Positions 1 to 12,162 of a DNA stretch of 64,000 nt are shown one piece after another. The notes under the pieces were generated by a model. That model made no database searches and was not told the origin of the DNA. It saw only the letters and a list, made by a program, of their open reading frames with translations. Source of the stretch: Moniliella sp. 'wahieum' (lineage: Eukaryota); NCBI GenBank assembly GCA_003971905.1, contig RSEE01000030.1:372001-436000 (forward strand), written 5' to 3'. The position numbers and the translations under genes are program-made. How positions within the stretch are numbered: the first letter of the stretch is position 1; each line of letters opens with the position of its first letter.

Positions 1-1977
1 CACTTTGCGTCCCAGCCTCGACTTTGTGTCGCGCTGGCCAACCCAGCCTACATTGCCCATCTCGCCCAGCAGGGCTTTCTCCGCGACACCCGCTTCGTCC
101 GCTACCCGCCCCACCTGGACACCACGTGGCACACCCCGGAGTATGCGCGTTTCGTGCGCTACCCCTACGCTCTCTTGTTCCTCTCTGCGCTCCAAACCCA
201 GAGTTCCGCGCTGCCGCTGAGCGCGAGGGCTGGGCCGCCATGGCCCGCAGCCAGATGCTGGCCACTGGGCCGTATGGTTCGTTCCTGTCTCCCCCTTGCG
301 CCCACCGCCCCTGCTTGCTGACCCTAGCCGCCGCTCCTGTTGCCCCTGCACAGGCGCATGCCGGCGGAAGAAGACCAGCCCGAGGGGTCGTCGGCGCCGC
401 CGCCTGCCCTCGTCCCACCGGCGCCTAGTGAACACTGAGCTGAGTCTCACGTGCTGGGCGCGAATGCTGATGAGCTTCATCGCTGCGCGCAGCCCAAGGG
501 CCTGGCGTCGGGCGCTATCGGGCCGAGCGTTGTGGTAGATGGATGCCGGTCTAATAGGATGGTCACCAACAATCGATAACCCGAACGGCGCTCCGAGCCC
601 AAACCCGGTCTTCCCGCCTTCCGCGCTCTTGCACATGTGATGGCAGCACGTGGGGGGCGCGCCAAGGCACTGCGACTCAGGCGTCGTACTCACTAACACG
701 CCGTCCGTCGCACACCCGTCCGCTGTGCGCCAGCACGGGTGACGCTCACCCATGTCGGCCGAGTAGGGAATATCGGCCGGGGCTCAACTCACTAATTCAT
801 CAGTGAGCGATCCCAGAAGCGTCGCAGCCAAGGCTGAAGCTGGGCACGGGAAGGTTAGCCCAGCATTGGCCTGTCTTCTACTCTGCGTCTCGGCCGCTCA
901 TGGCCAGCAGCCGTCGCATGCTTGCTGACTCACGTGTTCCTTGCCTCCCTCAGGCCCCAGGCCGCACTAGTCACTACCTCACGCCGCTCCCTCTCTGGCC
1001 CCTCCCGCCCCCTCCCCTGCTCCTCCCCCGCCTCTCCACCCCTCAGCCTCGCCACTGCCACGCTGCCGGTGGCTCTCCCCGCGGTGCCGAGACATGGAAG
1101 CCGCCTGTCATGCTGTCAGAAGCTCAGCGCTGAGTCGCAGCAGCATGCTGGGGTGCCTCGACCTGAGGTCAGGTGCCTCTCTTGCCCAATCCTTTGCCCT
1201 GTCGTCATGTCGCCCTCACTGGCCACGCCGCAGAGCATCTACCAGCTAGCAGGATGAATTCATATTGGCCTTGAAGCTTGAAGCTTGAAGCTTGAATATT
1301 GAGTAGCTAGAAACTTGATCGACTTGATGTTGGACCCACTCTCGTGGGTCCTCGTCACCGGCCACTCTCGCTTCCCACAATCTTCGGCTATTTCTCTCTG
1401 GGCGCCTAGCGGAGGGGCTGGAGTGCAACTGCCCCTCTCTCCCCCCCCACCCTTGTTCCTGTCCATGGCCCAGGGAAAAAGCATGATGCATGAGGCGTGG
1501 CCATTGCTACTGTCACACTGCGCCCTCGGCGCCGGTCACATACACACCTTGCGCCCAGGCAGAGCAAAGCTCCTGCAACTGTCACTGTTGTCACTACAAT
1601 CCTCGCTGAGACAGTCTCCCGCGGCTCAGTCTAGGTCTGTGCCATAGTCATGGTTCCTTGAAGGGTAATGTAGGTTTTGAAGTACCTTTTCGTGCGCCAG
1701 GTCTTTGCTCCCAACAAAAGTCTCTGCTCCTCTTGGCACAACCACACCACCATTGCCATTTCCACTCCTCTGCAGGTCATGGAGAATCTTTGGCCTTTGG
1801 CAGGTACGCCTCTCCTCCCTCCAGGGAGCACGACGGGTGCAGAGGGTGAGGCGAGCTGTGTCCTCTCTCCTTGCGAGAATAACGCTGCTTTCGCCACCCC
1901 CTCCTTTCATCTTGGGCTCAACGGTGAAGACCCTCTTGGATCGCTGCACACCCGTCGCACCCAGACCCCTATCTTTC

Positions 1978-3745
1978 ATGGCCTTAGCGTCACCTGTTCC
2001 ATCGGCAGAGCTCTGGGACCCCAACAATGCCTTGGCCACGGGTGGGTTTCCGTCTCTTTCTCCTCTCTTTCAGCAGGAGCCACTTCAAGAGGTCGGAGGC
2101 ATCATGCCCTTCTCATCCGTCGAGAAGGAACAATTTCCTTCTCTCAGTGTCGGCTTAAGCCCTCCGAACTCGGCGACTTTGAAACTGTTTCCCCCGACAT
2201 CATCCGTTGGTCTCCCCTGCCTCCTATGCCGTGCAAGCTCCGCGCTCCCACCGATCGCACTTTACTCTCCCCACATTCCATCCCTATGATCACAAGGGCG
2301 CTCGGCGCCCCAAGTCTGCCTCGCCCTTTTCTCGGGTGATTGAATTGGCAGAGGGAAACCAACCGCTACAACCCCGAAATGCAGCCCCTCTTGGCGAAGC
2401 AAGTTCAAGTTCCTCGCCCGCCACCTTCGTCGGGCTGGACACTGCAGAGTCCCACATCGTTTCCGTCGATGTGCCGTTTCCCCTCTCGGCTGCTGATTCA
2501 AGAACCGCATTTGGGCCCGCCTCCGTACCTGTTGCGCTTGCCCCTACACTTGATATCGCAACCCTGCCGCTACCCCTGGCTGCCAAGTTGCCCTGTCCTC
2601 CTCCCAGGTCCCGCTGAAGGTACGAAGGACCCAAACACGTACAAACCTGGCACCAGTACTCGCGGCAATGGCTCAGTGCGTCCTCCTCCCTCCATCCAGG
2701 TAACTAGAAAGATGCAGAATATACTAACGTTTGTGTGGGCAATTCAAAAGGCGCTTATCAGTGACGCTGTCCCTCTGCTGCAAAACGGGGTACACTATAA
2801 CCTAGGGATCACAGAATTGAGTGATACATTCGTCAAGGTGTATTACACGGACGATGGGTGTGAGCCGCGTCTGGAGAACGGAATCAGTGACGACCCGTCA
2901 ATGGGTAAAGTCTACCTTGCCCCTGTGCCGTCGCGACGGGTACACTTTGCCCAGCAGCAACTCGACAATTTGTTGAGAACACTGCTCTTCTGTCGGGGGG
3001 CAAGCAAGGATTTGTGTTGGAGGACGTGTCGGATTGGGAAGAGCTAAAGGAAGAGTTGACGGCTTCTGGACCGTTCAAGACGGACCGTATTTGGGAAAAA
3101 GTGGTGGTCGCTAAGAAACGATGGGATGAGCAGAAGAATACTCATCGTGTCTGACCTGCTGCCGCTCGCGCGACTCGGCACCGTTGGTGGCGCATTCTTC
3201 CTCCTCTCCGACCGCATCTGCACCGCTCACGTCGTCGGCTCGGATCCTTCCCGATCTACGCCGCTTCCCTCGTGCCTGGGAGCACCGTGGGCAACACACT
3301 TGCCTTCAACTCTGCATCCTCCTGCCCGTCACGTACTGGTGCTCGGTATGAGGAACAGAGGGCCTACAGGCCTCAACTTGCCTCTTCTCCGAGCGTTGGC
3401 TGAGCGGTGTACCTGCCGTACCCGTGTCACGGCCAAGGTGCGTACGGACCGGCGTGGGGTCTTGGTTTCCGTCACAGATCGGCAGGTAGGATGTGCACCG
3501 CGCCCACGGATCGCAAACAGAGAGCCATGGTAAGCAAGTTTGTGCATCAGTTGGCCGCCGATCAACTCGATCTCGCCGAAGTCCAAGCCGTCATCAAGGT
3601 CATCCTTTCTTCCCCGCTGCTCTCGGCCATGACCGGCACTACTACTCGGAGTGGCTCTCGTCTTCCCGCTATGCGCAAGTCCTACGTGCAGCGCAGGTGC
3701 GCAAACAACACACTGCTAGCGCCTGATCTCATACCGACATTATAG
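1978..3745 (+). CDS. Hypothetical multi-exon orphan protein; boundaries approximate
   Basis: Chain of + strand ORF segments (1705-2289, 2207-2617, 2340-3047, 3126-3533, 3407-3745) with protein-like composition, e.g. ELSDTFVKVYYTDDGCEPRLENG. A GTAACT..CTAAC..AAG intron candidate lies at ~2700-2749. No family recognised. Confidence 0.4.
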
Positions 3746-4285
3746 ACCATCGAATCGTGCACTTACAAACGGGCAACATGGTACCCCAAATTCTCATTCT
3801 CCAAGTCGCATCTCCATCATCGATAGCTGTTGGGACGGCGAGGGGCGATGCTCTTCTTTCCGCTCTTATAGGTCCCTTCGTCTGTAGTGCTCGTCCTTCT
3901 CATTAGCTCTCTCCTCGCATATACTCTCCCATCAAAATGCTTTGGATGTTTGCCCACGGCAACGGCCCTCTCTCTCTCCTTCCGTTGGTCCCACCGTACT
4001 ATGCGCGCATACACGTATACACGCAGAACAAACGTGAAAGACAAACATCTACTTCTCTCAGGCACGTTGGATTTTTGATTCAACTTTTGCCATGGGCGTC
4101 CTCAAAGTGGCGTGTGTGCAATTTATGAGGGGGATAAATAGTTCTACAAATAGTATTAGTCTTTGTGCTGAGTGTTATTGCTCTAGGCCACGTATGTCTT
4201 CTGCCCACGGTCGGGATGGGTGGCCCGACTTCGGAAGCGACAACGGATCGTAACTGAAAATGCCTCTGCGAGGAAGTGTGTACAT

Positions 4286-7200
4286 TCAATTTCCTGGCTG
4301 GTGCAACACCGTCGACTCCGCTGCATAAGCGGCAAGCCCATCGACCCTCATCCCTCCTTCCTGCGCCTGAGAAGGCTCGGTCCTCTCCATCGCGCCAAAT
4401 GCCTTTAGACGGAGACGGGCCTGGGCCTTATCCTCCTCCGGCGCCGATACGTCAGCAAGGATCTTTTGGGCCCGTTCAATCTCTTGGTCACGTTGGCGCT
4501 GCTGAGCGGTCTGCCGCTTGCGCATATCCTCTTCGAGTAACCGCTGGGAATGCTGCTGATATGCCAGCGCCGACGCGGTCTGGCGTGCCGTCTCCCCTTT
4601 CCCTTTCACCAGGGCCTGGAGAGCTTGGATCTGCTGAGAAGTTCGGCAGCCGCCTTTGTTTCGATGCCATCACCGTCGCGTGGTTCCGGTTCAACTCTGC
4701 CAGCTTGGCGAAATGGGTAGAACGAAGACTAGGCCCCTCGTTACGGATGGCCTCCAGCTCATTCTTGGCCCGGACCAAGCGCTTCTCCGTTCGAGCCACT
4801 TTGGCTTCGACTTGTTCAATTTCACGCAAGCCGGCGTGGCGGTCGTGTGTTGACGGAGTGTCTCTTCCTGGCCTCGCAGGGACGCTTGCATCTTAGGCAC
4901 CTTTCCCTCGGCTGTTGTAGCCACCTTGCTTTCCTTCTCGTACACAGACCACATTTGCGCCAACTGGGAGGGGGAACAGTCGAACTCGGATGGCTCGAAC
5001 AGGTTACCACGGTTATCCACCTGATGGCCGTCGCAATCGAACCATGGCGAAAGACGAATATCGTTGAGAAGCAAGTGGCTCACGAGTGGGTCTGCCCGTA
5101 CGACCAAAATCTCCCTCTCCGAGTCATTCACATGCACCGAGAGCAACACCTTATCTCTTGAACCGTCGAGCGCAACGTTAGCACTGCTTTGGGGCGATTG
5201 AACCATCCCAAATCGCAGACCCAGTCACTCTTGGTACGTAAAAGTGCATCCGGAGGGGGCGAGGTACCCAAGATGAGACTTGACAGTTGGCTCTTCAGAA
5301 AAGAAGGCACTTGCGCCGCCTTGTCCACCCGGTCGGCAATGAAGTGTCGTGCAACTTGGGAAGATTGGCTATATAGGCGTTTCGAAGAATTGAGACGGTA
5401 GGGAAGAAGGGCCGTCGGCATTGGAAAGACAGGGGGGAGGGATGCCGCTGCAAATCAACGTCAGTATATCATGGGCGGGCCAGAATGGGAAGAGGCAAAA
5501 CTCACGTGGCCGAAGAAGTGCAGCCTGCTCTTGTTGTCCTTTTAGTACCAAATCCAGCTCGTCTCCACTCTCCAATCCCTCAGCGAGTGCCTGGGAATCA
5601 AAGCCATCAGGTACCCTGAGGAGGGATATCTTAGTCTCGGGCGAAGGCGTAGGTAAGATCCAGGTACCCACACGGGGGTACATTCACTGGTCTTCCCGCA
5701 TATGGCGCACCAGTGTGAGCAACCGGTGGGTCGGCAACACCAGGAAAGGTAGGATCGAATGTAAATTTGCCCGCAGAGGGTATAAATATATCCGACCAAG
5801 TAAGCTTCCGAACTAGCTGGGCCACAGACGAAGAGTCCGCGTCCTTGCGGAACTTTAGGTGTTGTTCTAGCGGCGTGGTCTTGTGGGTCTCATTCCAACT
5901 CACCAGTTTCGGAGAGCGAGAAGGTTTGGGGCATTGGGGGGATCAACAGGCGTAGATGAGCCTGTCGATGGGTGGGGGTCTAGGGGAATGAGATGCCCCA
6001 TTCTGAGTTGCCAGGTTTGGCACCTTCGGTGGCGCTGTGGCGGAGGCCAAATTCGTCCCCGGATGGGAGACAGTGCTGTTCTGGGCTTTGGTTGGTGGGG
6101 CTGAGACTGAACCGGCAGAGCTGGAGGAAGCTGCTCCTTCAGACCTTGAGGCACCAGTCTTGGCGGGGGGTGGGATTGCCGATGAAATCTGAGGTTTAAT
6201 ATCCAAATGTGTAGAGGATGGCCTCGGTTTCACAGACCGCGAGTCGCTAGTTTCTTGCTGCTGAGGCCGCTGGCAAGATGGGTTTGACATCCCGTGATGC
6301 AGTAGCTTGATTCGCGTTCTGAAGCGTAGGGCGAGCTTGGGCACGGAGGCTGCCAGTGAAGTCTTGTCTGTGGTGGGTGTGGGCTTGATATCCGAGGGCT
6401 GAGCTGAAGGCCCTGCAAGTACAAGCTTTGAGCTCAATCCTCCGGTTGAGTGGCGGGCTGCTGGCTTAGCAGATGTGGCAGGTGGTGGGCCAGAAACACG
6501 TGCCGCCTCCGACGTGCTCATGGAGGCACGCTGATGAGTAGGATTAGAGCTAGAAGCTGGTGCGAGGGGTGAGGGTAGAACTTTCTTCTGGAGGTCGGGT
6601 GGACGGAGGGAAGGGTGTTTCCTTTCGTAGAATGGGGGAGTGAAGGGCCAGACCGATTTAGTGTACCTGATCCCAAAGATCGACGAGTGCCGGGAACCTC
6701 GACGTGAGGGCGGTTGACAGGGGCCGTCCGATTGATTTGCCGTTTAGGGATAAACGCAGCAGCCCGAGCGGGGTTCGTATAGGGCTTACGGGGCGGAAGA
6801 TCCTGGTTTGAATTTGACGAGGACTGCTCTGTTGCCACGGGAGGACGTGTTGGGGGAGGGACTGTTTTGTCTTTACCAGCGGCCGGATTGGATGAGGGCT
6901 GCCCCGCCGCCACGGGAGGGCGGGATGGGGGAGGGGCGGGCCCTTTATCTTTCGCAGGGGTTGGATTGGACGAGGGCTGCTCCGCCGTCACGGGAGGGTG
7001 TGGTGAGGGGGGTGCGACTGCTTTGTCTTTTTTCCGTATGGGTGGCTCTAGGCTGGCGCCACCATTCGAGGAGCTGGGCTCAGACGAGCGAGGAGGGACA
7101 GTCGCAGCCAAAGGCGTGGCACTTGGCCGTGGGTGGTCCGGAGCTGTACTGCTTCGAGTTGGTTGGGTTGGCGGCTCGGTGTTGGGCGTCGATGACGGCC

Positions 7201-8296
7201 TGCCTTTCGATGGGGGGGCTGAGAAGATAGTGCAAGGCTGACGGATCCCGTAAGAGCGCGAGATGGAGGCATCGAATGCTGAGTAGCCGAACCAGTTGAT
7301 ATGCTCCCTTCCGCGGGGCGACCAGTTTTTCCTGGTGGCTCCGGAGCGGAAGGGGGCTGCTCGGTCGAATTTGAAGGGCGAACGGTACCTGTGAGGTGGC
7401 GGCCGAAGTGGTACCCTTTGAGGCGATTGGAGGCGGCGCAACAGACCCAGTACTCGTCCGCGAGGAAAGGTGGCGCGAGCTCGAAAGTTTAGAAGAGCGT
7501 GGCCTGGGGGGTTGTGGTTCAGTGACGGAATGGGTTCGAGGCGGGGAGCGGTACCTCTTTTCCTCAGAAGAAGGCATAGGCGCCCTGGAGGAATTAGAAG
7601 GTCGTGATCGGTCGTCCGAATATGGTAGGGTGGGTGTAGCAGAAGTATCGCTTTTTCTGGGTGGCTGAGGGAGGACGGTCAAATTGGGACGAATTCTGAG
7701 TAAATCGCGATACATACCTTTTCGCGTCCCCAGCGAGTAGAGACGACGCGAGGCGCTGTGGCAGAGCTCCGATCAGATGGTGTTGCCGCTGTAGTGCCTG
7801 AATTGGTGTTCGCGGTTAATGGCGCGGCAGGCCCCTTTGCCGAGTCCAGGGTAGCGGATGCAGGCTCTTTTGGCTTGAGAGAGCGGCTGGGCGAACCCGT
7901 GGCTCTCGGCGGTGTCCGCGGTGGCTGAGATTGCTGGCTGTAGGACACAAATACGACGCTGTGGTCCGATTCGGAACCGTAATCGAGCTCTCCAGTATCA
8001 CCCTGGGAAAGGCCAAGGCGCGCTGAGATGTCGTCGGCTGCGCGATTGATAGACGCTGCGCCACGACGTGATTTTTTTCTCGCCCTGCCATCCCGCCTAG
8101 GGATATTCGGGGGGGTACGGGGGGTAGTCAGGATGGGCGGGGCGAGTGTGGGTCGCGAACGTAGGCTCGCGTCGCTTCTTGGCCGGCGGGCGGAGGGGTC
8201 GCTGAACGCGTCAGTGGAGGTGGGGGCGGGATCGCTGTCATAGCGAGGGCGCTTCGTTGCGGGGGGCGCTGGGAAGAGGCGATGTCGCAGGGGCAT
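4286..8296 (-). CDS. Large orphan protein: P/S/T/R-rich disordered N-terminal half, ordered middle, C-terminal coiled coil
   Basis: Consecutive - strand ORF segments 7679-8443 (ATG 8296), 7080-7715, 6518-7441, 5943-6521, 5369-5903, 4691-5421 and 4286-4829. Intron candidates: GTATGT 7717..CAG 7665, and GTGAGT at ~5505..CTGAC..CAG. Coiled-coil-like segments REIEQVEAKVARTEKRLVRAKNELEAIR and QQRQRDQEIERAQKIL. Confidence 0.55.
6815..7035 (-). repeat. Three ~26-aa coding repeats (KDK..PPP..PPV..EQPSSN) inside the orphan gene
   Basis: ORF 6518-7441 translates KDKAVAPPSPHPPVTAEQPSSNPTPA / KDKGPAPPPSRPPVAAGQPSSNPAAG / KDKTVPPPTRPPVATEQSSSN. Confidence 0.8.
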
Positions 8297-9808
8297 GGTG
8301 ACTACAGCGTCGCCGACGCCGATCCCGAGGCGAAGGGCAGCGACGCGATGGTGGTCGCTGTGCTCCGGCCAAGTCCCAAGCCAGCCAGCAGCCGACGCGT
8401 GACGGCGGCGTGCACCACCGCTGGACATCCTGCATCCCGCCAATTCCGCCTTCGCTGCTTACGTCAGTATCGATCCCCCCCCCCCTCCATGATGCATGAG
8501 GTGTCGCCCCAATTTCGGCAGCCACCGTCTACTGCCTCGTCGTGCCATGCGAATACGCTAATCAAGGTACTGCAACATCACATGGGGCAAGATGAAGCTT
8601 GAAGCTTGGAGTAGAGCTTGACGTTTTCAAAGTCCCATGTTGCTGTCCCATGTTGCTCGTCTCCACGAAAACAGTCAAAAAGATGCCAGGGTGCTGTAAA
8701 AACAGGATGAGATCGATGAGAGGGAACAATGTGTTGGGACCCGTGGTCCCGTACTTAGGCCAAGGTGCCTCATCACCCTTCACCCCGATTTGTCCTCCCA
8801 AGCTCCACGTGTATACTCAGGCTTGTTTGAACCCTGTCTCTAGGTGTGGACAAGGCTTATTAGACCTCCACCACGACCACCGCGATTGCATTGCTCTACA
8901 CTTCAGAGGTTCTTCGCCCAATCCCTTGGGCTCCTCCGGTCTTACACAATGATCGTGGCGTGGGGTGTTATATATAGGTTGAGGCTACACTCGCTCTCAT
9001 TGGGAATTTCGCTACCTCTCGCGCGCGTCGCCTTCCCCTCCGCCTGTCTGCCTTGCTCCATGTGCCCTCGGTATTCTTTTTACATCTTTCCCCAACGGTG
9101 ACGACTATATTTTCCGCCCTTGTCTACTCAATAACGAGCTGAATGGGCCTGCAATGGATTTGCGTCTGTAAGTCTCTGTATAGCAACCGCTAGGTGTCTC
9201 TTCGAGTTGAACATTGAAGCTAATACCACTACTTGAGGAAAGAGAATTACACCCATCTCTTCTGAGAGTGTGGCATGAAGAAGGGGCCCGAGTAGGAGTA
9301 CCACATCATGTGCATCATGAGGGTAACCGCGAGTACCGAGTGCTTTAGCTCCTGTATAGTAGACCTGTATACGAGTGCATATATATCTTGCTAGCGAGCG
9401 GTGCATGGGACAGTGTTCCACACAACGTGCCTTTCTTCCGCCGCTCGTAACACGTAGACACTGGCCTGGTGCATATATAGGCGGTCCCCGCTGCGCCGAC
9501 AACACTACCGTGGCGCAAAGCCCTTGCGCCCTTTAGTTTGTGGCCTTGCGCCCTTTCGCAATGTACCGCCGCCGGACGGCTGAGCTTCCTGGTTCTCGGC
9601 GGCTGCCCTAGCTGTCGGACTCGATATTCTCTGCTTTCCCCACCACCGCCACCCCCTCTTCTTGTCTCCCGCGTCTGGCACGCTGTCCCTGCCCCTTCGC
9701 CCATATTGTATCCACAACTCTCAATCCTATCCCCTGTACCCCTTTCTATCGTCCGTGCCCCATTCCCTCTAATCGCAGCCTGGTACTATCCCATACCAAG
9801 CATAAAAG

Positions 9809-10811
9809 ATGCGCATCAGCTTCTTCCTTCTATGCCTCTTCTCCCCTGCTGTGTGGGCACACAACAGCCCCTTCGTCCTCGGTCACCTTCCCTCATGGTC
9901 CCCGCCGCTGCTTCGTCCATCGCCGCTGAAGCCTCGGCTTCACTCGCGAGTGAAGCATCGGCATGGCGTGCTCACGCTGCATCATACAAGGCCTCCCACT
10001 ACCGCCAGTGCTTCAGGTGCGGTGCCCTCTGATGATCCCGTCAAGTCGTGGTGGGCCCACGCTTCTTCCTACAAGGCTGAACATTATCCTTCCAGCGCCC
10101 CAGCTGCCGCTTCCTCGCTCGACCCGGTCAAGTCGTGGTGGGACCACGCCAGGTCTCACTCGAGGAGTCTGGCACACAAGTCAGCGGCCTCGGCGCTGCG
10201 TGCATCGAAATCGCAGCAACTTGCCTCCCTCTCGTCAAAAAAGGCAATGGAAACCGTCCCTCACATTGAGGAACATTCGGATGCTGCACAACGGTTTCTG
10301 TGCCCAATCGCAAGAAGCCTTCCTCCTCATTTGTTGATGACCAACCCACCACAGTTGGTCCTTTGCATAGCCGGAAGAGGCCTTCATCTTCTTTTGTCGT
10401 TGACCCCCCCACCACTGTTGGCCCTCTGCACTCGCGCAAAAAGCCTTCCTCCTCCACTGTCGATGACCCACCCAACCACAGTTGGCCCTGTTCCCTCCCG
10501 GAAGAAACCCAATTCATACGTGGTCCATGACGCTCCCACCACGGTTGGTCCTTTGTCCTCCTCCCGCAGCCTACACACGACTTCGTTAACGACCCCGCGA
10601 CAACGGTTGGCCCGCGTCCTACTGAGCCCGCCAAGGTCGATCCAAGCGTGACGGACCCAGCCAAGATCTCTTGGCTTTCCCATGCTGCCTCCGTCTCCTT
10701 CTCCCGGCCCTCAAGTCGGCTGACGCAGCCGCTTCTGCGTGGCGTGCGCATGCGTCCAAAGCCCGTCTGTCGGCAAGCGAAGCCGCCAAGTCGCTCGCAC
10801 CTTCGGTGTAG
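9809..10811 (+). CDS. Predicted secreted, repeat-containing Ser/Ala/Pro-rich protein (frameshifted in this assembly)
   Basis: Signal-peptide-like start MRISFFLLCLFSPAVWA-H. Repeats of type (S/K)xW(R/W)xHA and 21-aa RK(K/R)PSSS..D.PTTVGP are spread across frames. The last segment ALKSADAAASAWRAHASKARLSASEAAKSLAPSV ends at TAG 10809-10811. Confidence 0.7.
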
Positions 10812-12162
10812 AGCGTACTGCCTCATGGGCCAGGTGGATGTCCCCCCGTCTCTCTCGGTTACATTACATTTCTGTCATGCGTTTTTCTTCTTTTTCCGGT
10901 CATGTCAGAAGCGGAGCGGAGGCTCCGCCCAGCGACACTTCTCGCTCAATTGCTCCTTTTCTATCGCTGTGCGGAGGAGAGCCCGACACATCGCCCCCCT
11001 CCCGCCTCACATGCACGCAACTTGCTGTCATCACCCCCTATACGCTTTCATCCCAATCCCACCAACAGAGGTTCATTTTGGCTCCGATCATCACTTTTTT
11101 CATTTTATCGTCACTTGAGTTGGTTCTTTGGTCGACAGGTCTTCTGCTCTGGCAGCAAAAGTCTCACCATTCTGCGCGTGGCTCCCTGCTCAAAGTCAGG
11201 TTCACAAATCACCGAGATGTCCATTGTGTGTTGTGCGTGGATGCGGGTGGAGTGTCAGTTGAGCGCCAGACGCGGTGTTGGTTGAGGTTGAGTGTAGAGG
11301 GTGCTGCGCGCGGCCCGTTTGAAACGATTGGGCGGGCAGGCACTAGGCACGGCAGGCACAGGCAGGCGCCTTGCCAGCAGCGGCCGCCCGATAGCTGGAA
11401 ACAATTCAGGCGCTGAAGCGCGCAAGTGGGATGACGTGAATGGCGGGTGGCGCGTGACGGCTGGCGCGATGGGTGACGGGTGCTAGTGTTGGCCAGATGG
11501 GGCCGAGGAACAGGGCGAGTGTGCGGTGCAGCAGGCGCGGGGCCAGTGTGGGCGATGCGTCATGGGCGTTGGCTCAGCGCTCCGCCTGGGCGCGACCAGG
11601 CAGCTGCGCGTGTGCTGAGCTCAGCCGCAGACAGCACTCGTGCCGCGCCCAGGCGCTTGCACCGCGTCCCAGGCCCAGGGCGCCGGAGCAGACTGCTGTC
11701 CTCCCCTGGTCCTTCTCCCCCGGCCCTCCTTTCCGCTTCCTCCTCCATCCAGCACCTTCCTCCCCCCTCCCCCCTCCCTCCCCATGCCGTCTCCTCCTGC
11801 TGCCGACACCAGTCTTGACCTCGCCGACGAGTGGCACGAAGCGGATGAGATGGAGCGTTCGCCGGCGCCTGCGACTGCGACTGCGTCTGCCCCCGCCACC
11901 GCCTCCGCCACCACAACCCCCCTCCTGCTTATGCCCCAGCTTCTGCGTCTCCACCTACCGCACCCCCCACCCAGGGGCCCCGGAACCTTCTGTAACTATT
12001 GACGCCACCATCCAGGGCACAAGGCTGACCCGCGGTACTACGCCTTGTGGGGCGCTCCCGTGGGCACGAGACGAGCGGGCCCCCTCACGCCGGCCCCGGC
12101 TCCATCTACCGCACAGCTCGCACCATAGTGTCTCCAGTGCATTCCTACCGCAAGCGTCGCAC

